Shown: positions 13,498-33,708 of the stretch, piece after piece
How the letters are laid out: each line of letters starts with the position of its first letter
Position numbering within the stretch: the stretch's first letter is position 1
Assembly (NCBI GenBank): GCA_964016885.1
Contig: CAXHJY010000560.1
Span: 1 to 54,955 of the forward strand
DNA length: 54,955 bases
Reading direction: 5' to 3'
DNA from: Eledone cirrhosa
Taxonomy: Eukaryota
Translations under genes and position numbers: made by a program
The notes under the pieces: generated by a model
What the model was told of the DNA's origin: nothing
The model's input: only the letters and a program-made list of their open reading frames with translations
Databases searched by the model: none

Positions 13498-14619
13498 AGT
13501 GGTAGGATGTCAATAGATAGCATGCCGAACTACATCGAGGCTATGCAACCCCACATCACCAACACGAGCGAAGTTGCACAACAAACACACGATGGGAGAG
13601 AAAAAATCCTCAACGCTCACATGGTGATGTGGACTGACATCCTAAAGCCAAGCAGACGCACTGCCAACAACTTCCATGCGTCTAACAATGGCATACCACC
13701 CTTGTATGGGCTCCGCAAAGACCACAAGACAGTCGACGACCCGACCACAGGACCACCATCAAGACACGTATGCGGAGCTAATATAGCTAGCAACTACAAG
13801 ATCTCCTACTTCCTCTCAATGGTTATACGCCCCATAATCAAGATGTCCCCAGATGTATGTGAAAGTACAGAGGACCTCCTCAGCAGAATCAGTGAGTGCA
13901 ACAAAAACAGGAGTCTATCCAACTCCATAATAGGCAGCATGGATGTGGTGTCACTGTACCCATCCATTAACATTGATTTTGCTGTGAAAAGATGTGTGGA
14001 GATGATCATTGAGAGTGAGGTGGAATTCTGCGACGTCGACACAGACGAACTGGGCCTCCTACTTAGACTTACCTACAACACTGACTACCTAGACAGCCAT
14101 GACCTTAGATGTTTCTGCCCTAGTAGACCTATAAGAGGTAGACCCCCCACCATAACCTCAATGGCAAAAAAGACTCCCATGGGAAGGTGGATTGGGTGGA
14201 CCAAAGCTATACGGACCCCCCAAAACAATGATCAGGTAAGAAAAATGGTCGCACATGCAATAGGGGCTAGTATCAAAACTACCCTAAAGGGCCACATATT
14301 TAAGTTCAATGAGAAAATCTACACCCAAAATGAGGGAGCAGCCATCGGCGTCAGCATAGCTGGTGATGTTGCCAACCTTTTCATGGTATGGTGGGAAAGG
14401 AGACTTAAAGATCTCCTTAATGAAAGCTCCATAGACCTCATCATGTACTCTCGTTATGTAGACGATATCAATATAGTTATAAGAACACCCCCCACTAGAG
14501 AGCACTAACAAGTTTGATTTAGAACGTAGCATGATGGAAAGATCCAGCAGATAGCTAATTCCATACACCAGAGTATAACTGTAACTATCGACTTCCCTTC
14601 CAAACACCCTAACAATAGG
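13498..14619 (+). pseudogene. PLE reverse transcriptase fragment, Naiad-type (insertion-in-fingers)
   Basis: YGLRKDHK, GPPSRHVCGA, STEDL, GSMDVVSLYPSI, ~130 aa to QNEGAAIG, RYVDD. Frameshifted continuation IANSIHQSITVTIDFPSKH. Confidence 0.8.
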
Positions 14620-16080
14620 TAATTTGGCATTGGTGAGTAATGTTTTCAGTGATTTTGGTTGTCTTTTGCTTTTGATTATTTTGTGTGTTTCAAGGGCTTT
14701 TTTCATTCTTGGGTTTTGTTTTAGTAGTGGGATGTTCTTGTGAATAGTGTTGTAAGCTTCCGCATTTCTTGGGTTGTGTGTTGAGATATATGATAGAATA
14801 TTGGACGTACCTTGAATTTGTTTCTGTTTCCGTAATTCATCAATGTCTATTGCTTTAGCCCTTTCTATTCCATTATTAATTAGTAATAGTGGGTACTCTC
14901 TCTCGAGTAGAATTTCCTTTAATTCTTGAAGTCTTTTATTTCGCGTTTCATAATTGGAGACAATTGTGCAAATTCTTCTTGCTAGGTTGAAAGGAATGTT
15001 CGTCTTCGTGTGCTTTGGATGGTTGGAGGTGAATAGCAGATATTGTTTGGAATCTGTTGGTTTGTAGTGTATGTCTGTTTCGATATTTGTGTCTTTTTTT
15101 AAGATTAAGATGTCCAGAAATGGGAGTTGATCTTGGCTGTATTCCATTGTGAATTGGATGTGGTTATTGATGCCGTTTATTAAGTTTTTGAAATCCTTCA
15201 GTTGGTCGAGTGTGTGGGACCAAAGAATGAGGCAATCATCCAAGTAGCGTTTCCAATTCTCTGATAAATATTTGTGGAAGTTCAATCCGTATTTAGATTT
15301 GGACTGTTCATATATCTGGACTTCTAAGTATGCCATGACTAAGTTGGCATAAGTTGGAGCGGCTTTTGTACCCATCGCAGTCCCCGATATTTGATTGTAA
15401 GTATTGCCATCGAAATCAAAAAAGTTGTTCTGTAGGATGAATTTTAATCCCTCGGTGATGAAGCTTTTTTCTATTCTGTCAGGTATCTCATTGGGATATT
15501 TCTCTAGCCAGAATCCTATTGCTTCTAGTCCGTATTGGTGTGGGATCGTTGTGTAGAGATTCACTACATCGAAAGACACAATAATAGTGTCGTTGTTGAC
15601 ATGTTTCGGGAGGTGGTTTAAGAGGTCCAGATCGTCTCTTACAAGGCTTGGTATGTGTTTCAGTATTGGTTTCAGTAGTATGTCTATAAAGTTACTCAAT
15701 CTGTGTGTTTCACATTGTGGGCCCGCTACAATTGGTCTTAATTTAAGGTCTGTGGGGTATTGTGTGTTCACGCAGGCTGAGGTGGATTGTTTACAGGCAT
15801 CGTTATTTTACACTTGTGGATCTTCGGAAGTCCGTAAAGGTTGCTGGTTTTGTATTCAAAATGTGTTAAATAATCGCGTTCCTTTTTAGTTAGGTCTTCC
15901 TGGTATCGATAAATCAGTGTGTTTAATTTGGTCATTATTTTTGATTGCTGGTAGTTTTTTTACTCTTTCATAGTAATTAGTATTTTGTAAGAGAGAGAAC
16001 ATAGAATTTTTATATTTTTCAGCCTCCATAATGACAACAGTACTTCCCTTGTCCGCTCCCTTAATTATAATGTCCGTATT
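14620..16080 (-). pseudogene. PLE reverse transcriptase fragment, Neptune/Nematis-type, truncated at both ends
   Basis: ADKG, YGLPKIHK (frameshifted), RPIVAGP, SFDVVNLYTTIP, QISGTAMGT, RYLDD, LPFLD, KPTD..QYL..SNHP. Homology ends at LLTNAKL. Confidence 0.88.
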
Positions 16081-17829
<1,749 letters not shown>

Positions 17830-18028
17830 TAAGAACAAAAGATGGTTAAAAGAGTTCCATGTATTTTATTATGCGCATTTCAAAAATTATGCGCATTTCA
17901 AAAACTGAGAAAGATATATTGTTTTACATAGAGAGGTTGAAAACCGTTGGAAGATAATGTATAAATTAAAAGAATTTGAAAATTAACGAAGAGAAAAATA
18001 ATGTAAAGTTAAGGTTTGTATATTGAGG

Positions 18029-18195
18029 GGTTTAATAATATGTGCGATGAAAAGAAAATGTTAATATGTATTAAGAATAATATTTAAGTGTTTAATAACA
18101 TGTGCGATGGAAAAGAAAAAGTTAATATGTATTAAGAATGATATTTAGGGTTTAATAACATGTGCGATGGAAAGAAAATGTTGATATGTATTATT
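18029..18195. repeat. Three copies of a ~58-bp tandem repeat
   Basis: GTTTAATAAYATGTGCGATG...GTTAATATGTATTAAGAAT unit repeated three times. Confidence 0.85.
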
Positions 18196-18955
18196 AAAAA
18201 GAACAACAGGTAATTTAAGTAAGGATATATTGTGAGATGAGCATGAATGAGTTAGATGAAAGGGAGAAAAAATTTTGAATTGAGGATGAATAATCTAACG
18301 TCAAAAAAAAATGTTTGTTTTACGAAGGATTTTTACAAGGTGATATAGAGTAAGAATGTATTGTATTATGTAATAATTGATTCTATGTTAGACAACAGTG
18401 AGAAAAGGTACAGATTAGGGGTTAGACATTAAATGAAAAAGAGAAGAAAGGGAAGTGATAAATAGGAACGATATAGAATGAGTAACAAGTATTATAGAAT
18501 GTATAATAACCTTTGAAATAAGGTAGAAAGATGGGTATATTTTTAAAGAAGTGTATATATATATATGTGCCTTTGAGAAAAAGATTCTGAATTGATAAAG
18601 ATTTGGATATTAGCTGTATACTTTGTGGAATGTTTTGTGGAATTTATGCAAGCAGATAGAAAACAAGTCAGTGCGTCTACCTCTCTATGTAAAACAATAT
18701 ATCTTTCTCAGTTATAAAAGCTATATCTCTCTCTCTATCACCCATCTCTCCTCCTAACTCATCCTTCCTCATTATACTCCTCCCTCTCCCCTTTTTACTC
18801 TCATCTCCTCCTCTTTTTCATCCTTTCCACCCCACCCCCCTCAAAATAAAATATTTTTCCCAATATCACACATCAATCTAAAACTACTTTTCATATGTTG
18901 ATTTAAAACTGCACTATCCACAAGTGTTTTTTAACCTTCATATCATGTCTTCCTG

Positions 18956-19022
18956 TTTTATCTGATGCAAACACAAATATTATTGCGTGATGATATTTGT
19001 TTTTGAAATGCGCATAATAAAA
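18956..19022 (+). ncRNA. Hammerhead ribozyme variant (family G)
   Basis: TTTTAT CTGATGC, stem II ACAAATAT...ATATTTGT, GAAAT GCGC ATA ATAAAA. A9 is replaced by C. Confidence 0.6.
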
Positions 19023-19150
19023 TACATGGAACTCTTTTAACCATCTTTTGTTCTTATATATTATGTATACTCCAGTCCTACAAACTGTAGAGTGCTTCTT
19101 ATCCGATATCAGTATTGCTTTATTGTACTACAATAAAACTCACCTCCTAC

Positions 19151-19267
<117 letters not shown>

Positions 19268-19277
19268 AATATATATG

Positions 19278-19308
<31 letters not shown>

Positions 19309-19341
19309 ATATATGCATATATTTATATATATATGTATATA

Positions 19342-22777
<3,436 letters not shown>

Positions 22778-22832
22778 AAATAAAATAAAGATAAATAAAA
22801 GTCAAATGATTAAAATTTAGCTTCGTTTATTA

Positions 22833-22885
22833 CTGCTATATATATTTCAGTGACAGCCATCTTTGGCTGTGACCCCTTCAGGCAG
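22833..22885 (-). ncRNA. Hammerhead ribozyme variant (family B, inverted arm)
   Basis: Mirror of 23108-23160. Confidence 0.65.
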
Positions 22886-23107
22886 TTTGAATTAGTATGG
22901 TATAGACAAGTACATATGTTGTTTAGGTGTATGATATTGTCAATACTCTGATATGCCCAGTTCCTTGTTGGGTTGTTAATTCACTGGGGAACTGGAGTCA
23001 GTTCCCCAGTGAATTAACAACCCAACAAGGAACTGGGCATATCAGAGTATTGACAATATCATACACCTAAACAACATATGTACTTGTCTATACCATACTA
23101 ATTCAAA

Positions 23108-23160
23108 CTGCCTGAAGGGGTCACAGCCAAAGATGGCTGTCACTGAAATATATATAGCAG
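23108..23160 (+). ncRNA. Hammerhead ribozyme variant (family B)
   Basis: CTGC CTGAAGG, stem II ACAGCC aaagat GGCTGT, GAAAT ATAT ATA GCAG. A9G variant. Confidence 0.68.
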
Positions 23161-23367
23161 TAATAAACGAAGCTAAATTTTAATCATTTGACTTTTATTT
23201 ATCTTTATTTTACACTACTCCGGAGTAACCAAACCAACCTGCGCACTTCGTCGAGTGCTCCAGCCTGCATACTGAGGTGTTGGTATACAACCAACATAAA
23301 CTCAAAATCTATATATATATGTATATATATATACACTATATATATATATATATATATATACACTTAT

Positions 23368-23417
<50 letters not shown>

Positions 23418-23446
23418 CACTATATATATATATATATATATATATA

Positions 23447-23496
<50 letters not shown>

Positions 23497-23759
23497 ATAT
23501 ATATACACATATATATATACACTATATATATATATATACATATATACACTATATATATGTATATATATATATACACTATATATATATATATATATACACT
23601 ATATATATGTATATATATATATATATACTATATATATATATATATATATATACAATATATATATATACAATATATATATATAGTGTATATACAATATATA
23701 TATATATAGTGCATATACATTATATATATATATATAGTGTATATATATATATATATATA

Positions 23760-23788
<29 letters not shown>

Positions 23789-23790
<2 letters not shown>

Positions 23791-24296
23791 AGTCGTTTGG
23801 AAGCCTCGACAATGCAAATGGGTAAATCTCCGGGTAACAAGGTCCGGTGGTGGAGAGAGAGATGTAAGTGTACGTTGAGATGCGTGGTGTTTATAAGATG
23901 TGTGAGATGTGTAGAATGAAGGAAGAGTATAAAGGATAAAATAGAAATAACAACACAAGAGAGAGTTACCTTGGGAGAGATTTAATAGTCCCTATATATT
24001 TTGGATTCACATCCATCAACTGGGGGTTTTTTCTGGGGTGGGGGAAAAGGTTGTCTGTCGGACAAGTCCGGAACGCGTCCTTCGCTGTTTGTTGTTTTGA
24101 AAATCCCTTCATTCTACACATCTCACACATCTTATAAACACCACGCATCTCAACCTACACCCACTTACATCTCTCTCTCCACCACCGGACCTTGTTACCC
24201 GGAGATTTACCCATTTGCATTGTCGAGGCTTCCAAACGACTTAAAGATATTTACTTATTGTTCCACAATGCTTCAAGCAGACTTTAATACTCTCTT
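23789..24296 (+). mobile_element. Family I element, second copy
   Basis: Near-identical to 19793-20301. Confidence 0.78.
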
Positions 24297-26811
<2,515 letters not shown>

Positions 26812-27238
26812 TGGTGGCTGCCAACGCTACACCTGTGACAATTATTGACACATAGTGCTGGGCCCATGGTACCATGTAACGACAAGTGCAGAAAGATCTC
26901 CAAATATAAAGCAATGCCTGTGCCGTGAAGCTTTTATAGTGAGCAAAGGCACTGCACAAAGCCAGTCCCACTCCCTTAACCAAGATGATATTTACCAAAA
27001 AGAAGAACAAGTCAACATCATTGGATACCATCAGGTTTGCAGTTGTTATATCAGAGTTTTCCTTCTCCTAGAATTCTGCCTTGACAAAGGCTAAGGGGTC
27101 ATCTCTCCCGGTGATTTTGGATGGCCATTGACTCTTATTAGCTCCTTTTCCCTTTGACAGGTTTTGTTTTTAGTCCAGCAGGATGTCCAAAGTCACCCTC
27201 CTCACCAAGAAACCTTGGTGGGGTTGCCAGTTTAGTCA
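26812..27238 (-). mobile_element. RTE-related non-autonomous element, family D (internally deleted, 5'-truncated)
   Basis: Matches 33709-34222 with a ~110-bp deletion near 26826. Confidence 0.65.
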
Positions 27239-27304
27239 TATAGTGTATATATATATATATATATGTATGTATATATATACCTCTATGTATGTATATATAT
27301 ATCT

Positions 27305-27739
27305 CCGGGAGAGATGACCCCTTAGCCTCCGGGAGAGATGACCCCTTAGCCTTTGTCAAGGCAGAATTCTAGGAGAAGGAAAACTCTGATATAACACCTG
27401 CAACCCTGATGGTATCCAATGATGTTGACTTGTTCTTCTTTTTGGTAAATATCATCTTGGTTAAGAGAGTGGGACTGGCTTTGTGCAGTGCCTTTGCTCA
27501 CTATAAAAGCTTCACGGCACAGACATTGCTTTATATCTGGAGATCTCTCTGCACGTGTCGTCACATGGTACCATTGGCCCAGCACTATGTGTCAATAATT
27601 GTCACAAGTGTAGTGTTTGTACCAGAGTTTTCATGTCACAGGCTGGACTAAAAAGTCACACTCGTTCAGCGCATCGGTAGGGGTACTCCTACATGGATAT
27701 AAAGTAGTGGCTGTACTCGAAAACGAGTTGGCAGCCACC
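27305..27739 (+). mobile_element. Family D element, 5'-truncated, opposite orientation
   Basis: Reverse complement of 33709-34116. The first ~24 nt are tandemly duplicated. Confidence 0.65.
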
Positions 27740-27767
27740 ATATATATATATGTATAGTGTATATATA

Positions 27768-27816
<49 letters not shown>

Positions 27817-27843
27817 TATATATATATATATATATACACTATA

Positions 27844-28218
<375 letters not shown>

Positions 28219-28278
28219 TATATATATATATGTATATATATACACTATATATATATATATATATGTATATATATACAC

Positions 28279-28329
<51 letters not shown>

Positions 28330-28421
28330 TATATATATACTCTTTTACTCTTTTACTCTTTTACCTGTTTCAGCCATCCGGCTGAGTCCATGCTGGGGCA
28401 CCGCCCTTGTTGCTACACATT

Positions 28422-31400
28422 TTATCTCCAGCCTGTATAGGTTGGCCACTGGTGTAAGAGGGAGTTTGTTGCTGCTGCCCTTAGGTTTCCCTCGTGTCTT
28501 GCTGTGGGCTCATCCGGTATCCTGGATAACAAGGTGTCGAGATGTTTCTTAAAGACATCCACCTCCACGTCATGCAAGTCTCTCAGATGCCTCGGCAGCC
28601 TGTTGAAGAGTTGAGGGCCCTTGAATCCCAGGCTATTGCAATACCTGCTCATTATTCTAGATGTGGAAGACGGGACCTTTGGCACCACACATTGACGTCC
28701 TGTTCGACGGTTGGTCCAGCTCCCAATGCCAAAGTTTGGTGCTAGTCCCTCCAGGATTTTCCACATGTAGATCACTGTGTATCTCTCCCGTCTTCGCTCC
28801 AAGGAGTAGAGGTTCAGTTCCTTTAGCCTCTCCCAGTAGCTTGTCTCCCTCATCTTGGCAATCCTCTTGGTGTAGCTTCGCTGGATTGCCTCAAGCTCCG
28901 TGGTTAGTTTGACACTATGGGGTGACCTCAACTGGGAGCAGTAGTACAAGCGGCTTAGGACAAAAGTCCTCCACAGTGTCAACATGGTGTCTCGATCTCT
29001 TGTCCGGAAAGTCCTCAAGATCCAGCCAGCGAGTCGTCTGCACGTTGTCGCCACTTTCATGATGTGTGAAGAAAAAGATGCATCATCGCTCATGTCTATG
29101 CCCAGGTCTCGTATCGATTTTGACACGGGGATATCGGTCCCTCCTGGTACTGTGTAGCTGTGTTCCACTATATTTGTGTTTGCAGGTTTGTATTGTAGGG
29201 CTTGGAATTTGCCAGCATTAAACTGCATGTTGTTTTCTTCCGCCCATCTGTATATGGCATCCAGATCCTGCTGTAAAAGGGCAGCGTCAGCCGGGTTTTT
29301 GATTGCCTGTGCTACCTTAGTGTCATCAGCATAGCTAGTGAGGGATGTTGTTGCATGCACCACACAGGGCATGTCCGAGAGAGCCACCAAAAACAGTAGT
29401 GGTCCCAGGACTGTCCCCTGGGGCACACCACTTGTTATCGGTGTTTCCCTCGAGAGGGCCCCATTTGCTGAGACTGCCTGGCTTCTGTCCCTTAGGAAGC
29501 CATGCAGCCACTCACCTACTTTTCCAGTTATGCCGAGTCCGTGTAGGTTGTGACATATCATTCCGTGGTCGACCTTGTCAAAGGCCTTCGCAAAGTCAAG
29601 ATATATCACGTCTACATGTGAGCTGTCTAGTAGTTGTCTCAGTACCCAGTCGTAGTGATGTAGCAGCTGTGTAAGGCAGCTTCTTCCTGGGCGGAAACCA
29701 TGTTGCGTGCTAGTCAGGCGGTCATTTTCTTCGAGGAAAGTGATTAGTTTCTTTCTGATGACTCGCTCCATGACCTTACTGATATGCGACGTCAGGGAGA
29801 CTGGCCTATAGTTCTTGGCCTCCGCTCTACTACCTCCTTTATGGATAGGGCATATTGTGCCTTCTTTCAGCTCCCTGGGTAGTACACCGCTAGCCAAGGA
29901 GCTTCTGAAGAGCATCTTCAGTGGAGTTGCTAAGGCCTGCTTACATATTTTTAAGAGAACATGCTGGGAATCCATCAGGTCCAGCAGCCGAGTCTGTTCT
30001 AATTTCATCAATGGCGTACACCACATCCTCCTCCGTTATGTCTATGTGGTTGATGGTTGCCATTTCTTGATGTAGTGTTGTGGCATCAAAGAACTCCTCT
30101 GGCTTCGTTATTTGCATGTGCCTCAGTACTGTTCGTTCAGTATTTCACATATCTCTTGGGGATTTTCGGTTAATGAACCGTCCGTGTGGAAGAGTGGCCC
30201 AATCTTGCAGTGTACTGAGGCAGTTTCTTTTGCAAATTTAAAGAAGGCCTTGGGGTTTGTTTTAATGTTTTCTATGGCCCTGTTCTCTTTCTTTGCCCTC
30301 TCATTCTCATGTGAAAATTTGAGTGCAATCTCGGTGTCAAGTAGTGCACGTTTCAAATAGGATTCCTTCGTGTTTTTGTTTTGTTGACTATTCAACTGGT
30401 TTGAGAGTTTAGTTCTACGTCTCATAAGGATTTTCCTATCTCTGGGAATAAGATTTTTGTGTCTGTTTGCCTCTTTCTCCGGGACACACTTTTTGCATAT
30501 GGTGTGTATCGTTGTCATGAAGTGTTGAAATTGTGTGTTAGTGTCTTGTGTGGCGGTGTTTTCACTCCATGTTTGCTTCCGGATTTCACTCTTAATCTTT
30601 TTCCAGTTAGCCTTGTAGAAGTTAAGGTTGGATAGCGTCCCGGAGCTTATTGGTGGTTTTGTCTCTGTTGGTTCTCTTGGACCACATATTATTAGCTCTA
30701 CTAAGTTATGATCCGAGAGAATTGTTGGTGTCACCTTTACATTGTGGATGAGCACTTCGTTGTTTGTAAAACAGAGGTCCAGGACATTTTCGCCTCTTGT
30801 TGGGAGGAGTATTGCTTGCTCCATGAACAGCCTGTGTGTGAGGGCCAGCAGGGATTCCGTCTGTCTCTGTTCTATTGACGTCATTCCAGGGAGGAGGTGG
30901 CCCTCAGGCTATTTGACCTTTGGTAGGTTGAAGTCTCCCAGCAGTAGGATGTTGAGACCCTGGTCCAGTTTGTCAAGGACCTCTTCTATCCTACTTAGGC
31001 TATCCTCAAATTTACCCTCATGACTGGGGGCATCGGGCGGCCGATATGTGACACATATTACTGTCTGTAGTTGCTTCATATGTATTATCAGTGTGTCACA
31101 GACTGAGTTTGAATGTGTCAACAGTACAATTGGTGTGACATCTTCACGGATATACAGAGCAACCCCACCATGAGTTCTCTCCTTCCTGTCCGAACGAAAT
31201 ACAGTATATTTCGGTATATATATTTCTGCATCTGCTATACTGCTTGTCAGGTGCGTTTCGGTTAGTGCCATGCATAGTGCTTGATTGCTTATGGCTAAGT
31301 CTCCCAGGTAGGAAATTTTACTCATATTACTGAGTTTCACCAGGCCCCTGACAGTCAGCAGCAGCACTGGTGTGACTTTTGGGGTGCCAGTAATGGCTGT
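28422..31400 (-). pseudogene. LINE ORF2: AP-like endonuclease + reverse transcriptase, disrupted
   Basis: ALTETHL, HGGVALY, YRPP, GDFNLP, LDL, SDH, NYRPVSLTS, QHGFR, YLDFAKAFD, SGVPQGTVLGP, YADD. In-frame stop at 30909-30911 and lesions near 30120 and 29955. Confidence 0.93.
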
Positions 31401-32296
31401 CGGTATGACACCTGGTCTGGTGTCAGCGGCGGCCACTCTGGGTCCCTTAACTGCGGTGGTCTCGAGTGCTGGTGTGGATGACCCTGGCTCTGGAGACGAT
31501 GCAGCCAGGTCAGCTGGCCCACAATCTTCTCTGCCATCACTAAAAAATTTTTCTGATCTGCTGCTGACATCTGTATCTCGTCGGCATGTACGTGCCTTTT
31601 CCTTGTTGGTGCGGCACGCGTGACATCAGCATACTTCTGGAGCGGCTTATTTCGGCTTTGGCTTGGGCATGTTGCGCGAGTATGATGGGCATAGTTCGTT
31701 TGAGACCTAGGGTGGGCGAATCTGCATCCCATCCCTGTCTCTCCATGCCAGCATGTCCCGTTCTTGAAAAACTTGCACATTACTTGGGGTTTTTTGCTCC
31801 CAGTATCTCGGTGCTTTCTGTTCTTCCTTTGAACAGTTGTCCACTGGTCCCTCTGCGCTTGGTTCTCCTTCGGAAGGTGATTTCGCTTTTCACCTTTGCC
31901 CTTAGCTTGTTGGTTGCCCGGCCTGCCCTCCCTGCCTGTGGCGGGGGGTATATCATTTTCTTTCAGGTCCGTGCTTGTGCTCTCCTCCTTTTCTTTTTCC
32001 TCCTCCTTTTCCCTCTCCTTCTCCTCGTCCCTCCCTTCGGTTTTCTCCTCCCTGAGGACACGGCTTAGCATCGCCATATGTGGCGCTATGAGGACATACG
32101 CCTTCTCAATTTCTTTTCTCTTTCTCTCTATCTGTGCCAGGGTCCTCAGAAACCCATGGCTCTTCAGGTTCTCCGCCATCTTTTTGCTTGGTGGAGACCT
32201 ATCAGCCTTGGTCCACCCCTTGATCAAAACCGCTAGTTCCATCTTTGACCAGTTTCGTTTACTCCTAATTTCACCTTTTTCCTGCATGCAGTCCAT
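31355..32296 (-). CDS. LINE ORF1 protein (Myb/SANT-like N-terminus, acidic linker, CCCH zinc finger)
   Basis: Open 313-aa ORF upstream of and overlapping ORF2. Contains NWSKMELAVLIKGW...GFLRTLAQIERKRKEI and CKFFKNGTCWHGETGMGCRFAH. Confidence 0.78.
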   Translation of the reverse strand: MDCMQEKGEIRSKRNWSKMELAVLIKGWTKADRSPPSKKMAENLKSHGFLRTLAQIERKRKEIEKAYVLIAPHMAMLSRVLREEKTEGRDEEKEREKEEEKEKEESTSTDLKENDIPPATGREGRPGNQQAKGKGEKRNHLPKENQAQRDQWTTVQRKNRKHRDTGSKKPQVMCKFFKNGTCWHGETGMGCRFAHPRSQTNYAHHTRATCPSQSRNKPLQKYADVTRAAPTRKRHVHADEIQMSAADQKNFLVMAEKIVGQLTWLHRLQSQGHPHQHSRPPQLRDPEWPPLTPDQVSYRQPLLAPQKSHQCCC

Positions 32297-32532
32297 TTCG
32301 CTGTGGAGGGGAGAAAGAGAGACAGTGGGAAGTGTAGGGTAGAGGTTAGAGAGGGACAGCGGGAGGGAGGGGGATAGAGATATAACTCCAGTGAGATAAA
32401 TATAACTCCAGCGACAAAAAGAAAGAGAAACAGAAGAAAAGAAAAGAAAAGGGGGAGAGAGACAGAAGAGGGGAGCGAGAGAGATAGCGGGAAGAGTGGG
32501 AGGGGGAGGTCAGAGGGAGAGAGAGGAGATAA

Positions 32533-32565
<33 letters not shown>

Positions 32566-32787
32566 GCTCGTTGATCTAGAGAGAGAGAGAGAGAAGGAGA
32601 GAGAGAAAGAGAGGAAGGAAGGAGAGAGATAAAGACTGCGTGAGCAATAGCAGTTCATAAATATAAAATAAATTTTAAATTAAATTAATGAATGGAAGAA
32701 ACCGGAATCATAGAGATATAGAAACACGATGTAAGTTGTATATAAGTTTAATCTAAATGTTTGTTTACAAATATACGAAGTTATTGT

Positions 32788-32822
<35 letters not shown>

Positions 32823-32949
32823 ATATATATATATATATATATACAATATATATATATATATATATAGTGTATATATACATATATATATATATAGTGTATA
32901 TACAATATATATATATATATAGTGTATATACAATATATATATATATATA

Positions 32950-32990
<41 letters not shown>

Positions 32991-33164
32991 ATATATAAAT
33001 GAGAGGTATAGAGATTGTTTTAGCGAGAAGCTAACAGCATTCTATAACATATATGCGACTATAACGTCAAGATGGGAAAAGTAGTTAACGTAAGATTTAG
33101 GAAAAAAAAAAAATTCAAACTCATCTCAAAAGAGAATCAGGATATAAATTCATCCACAGAATTG

Positions 33165-33266
<102 letters not shown>

Positions 33267-33271
33267 GTGTA

Positions 33272-33305
<34 letters not shown>

Positions 33306-33307
33306 CA

Positions 33308-33358
<51 letters not shown>

Positions 33359-33392
33359 TATATACACTGTATATATATATATATATGTACAC

Positions 33393-33442
<50 letters not shown>

Positions 33443-33453
33443 CACTATATATA

Positions 33454-33553
<100 letters not shown>

Positions 33554-33708
33554 GTATATATATATGTATATATATATATGTATATATATATGTATATATA
33601 TATGTATATATATATATATATATACACGATATATACACTATATATATGTATATATATATATATATACTCTATATATACACTATATATATGTATATATATA
33701 TATGTATA

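Larger units (their letters stand above)
22775..23310 (+). mobile_element. Non-coding PLE insertion, family B: near-perfect 440-bp palindrome plus tail
   Basis: Arms 22775-22994 and 22999-23213, tail 23214-23310, HHR in each arm. Confidence 0.88.
28340..32645 (-). mobile_element. Near-full-length CR1-group LINE
   Basis: ORF1 plus APE-RT ORF2, a CT-rich 5' UTR, and a 3' end GGCGGTGCCCCAGCATGG...GCTGAAAC(AG/GAG)TAAAA repeats. The 5' boundary is approximate. Confidence 0.9.

Noticed and set aside
14284-14619. C-terminal 110 aa of the 495-aa minus ORF
   Set aside because: Read-through into the antisense strand of the adjacent Naiad-type fragment.
18029-18195. CRISPR-like array
   Set aside because: Contiguous tandem units with no unique spacers, no cas genes, and eukaryotic context.
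26855-27651. Repeated 79-94 aa ORFs (MLGPWYH.../MVSNDVD...)
   Set aside because: They recur only because family D is multicopy, and they show no recognisable domain.
29338-32342. Plus-strand ORFs overlapping the LINE
   Set aside because: Antisense shadows of ORF1/ORF2.
33000-33163. Unassigned TA-flanked island (also 9511-9610 and 34432-34535)
   Set aside because: Single copy here with no diagnostic motif. It may be another tail fragment but cannot be supported.
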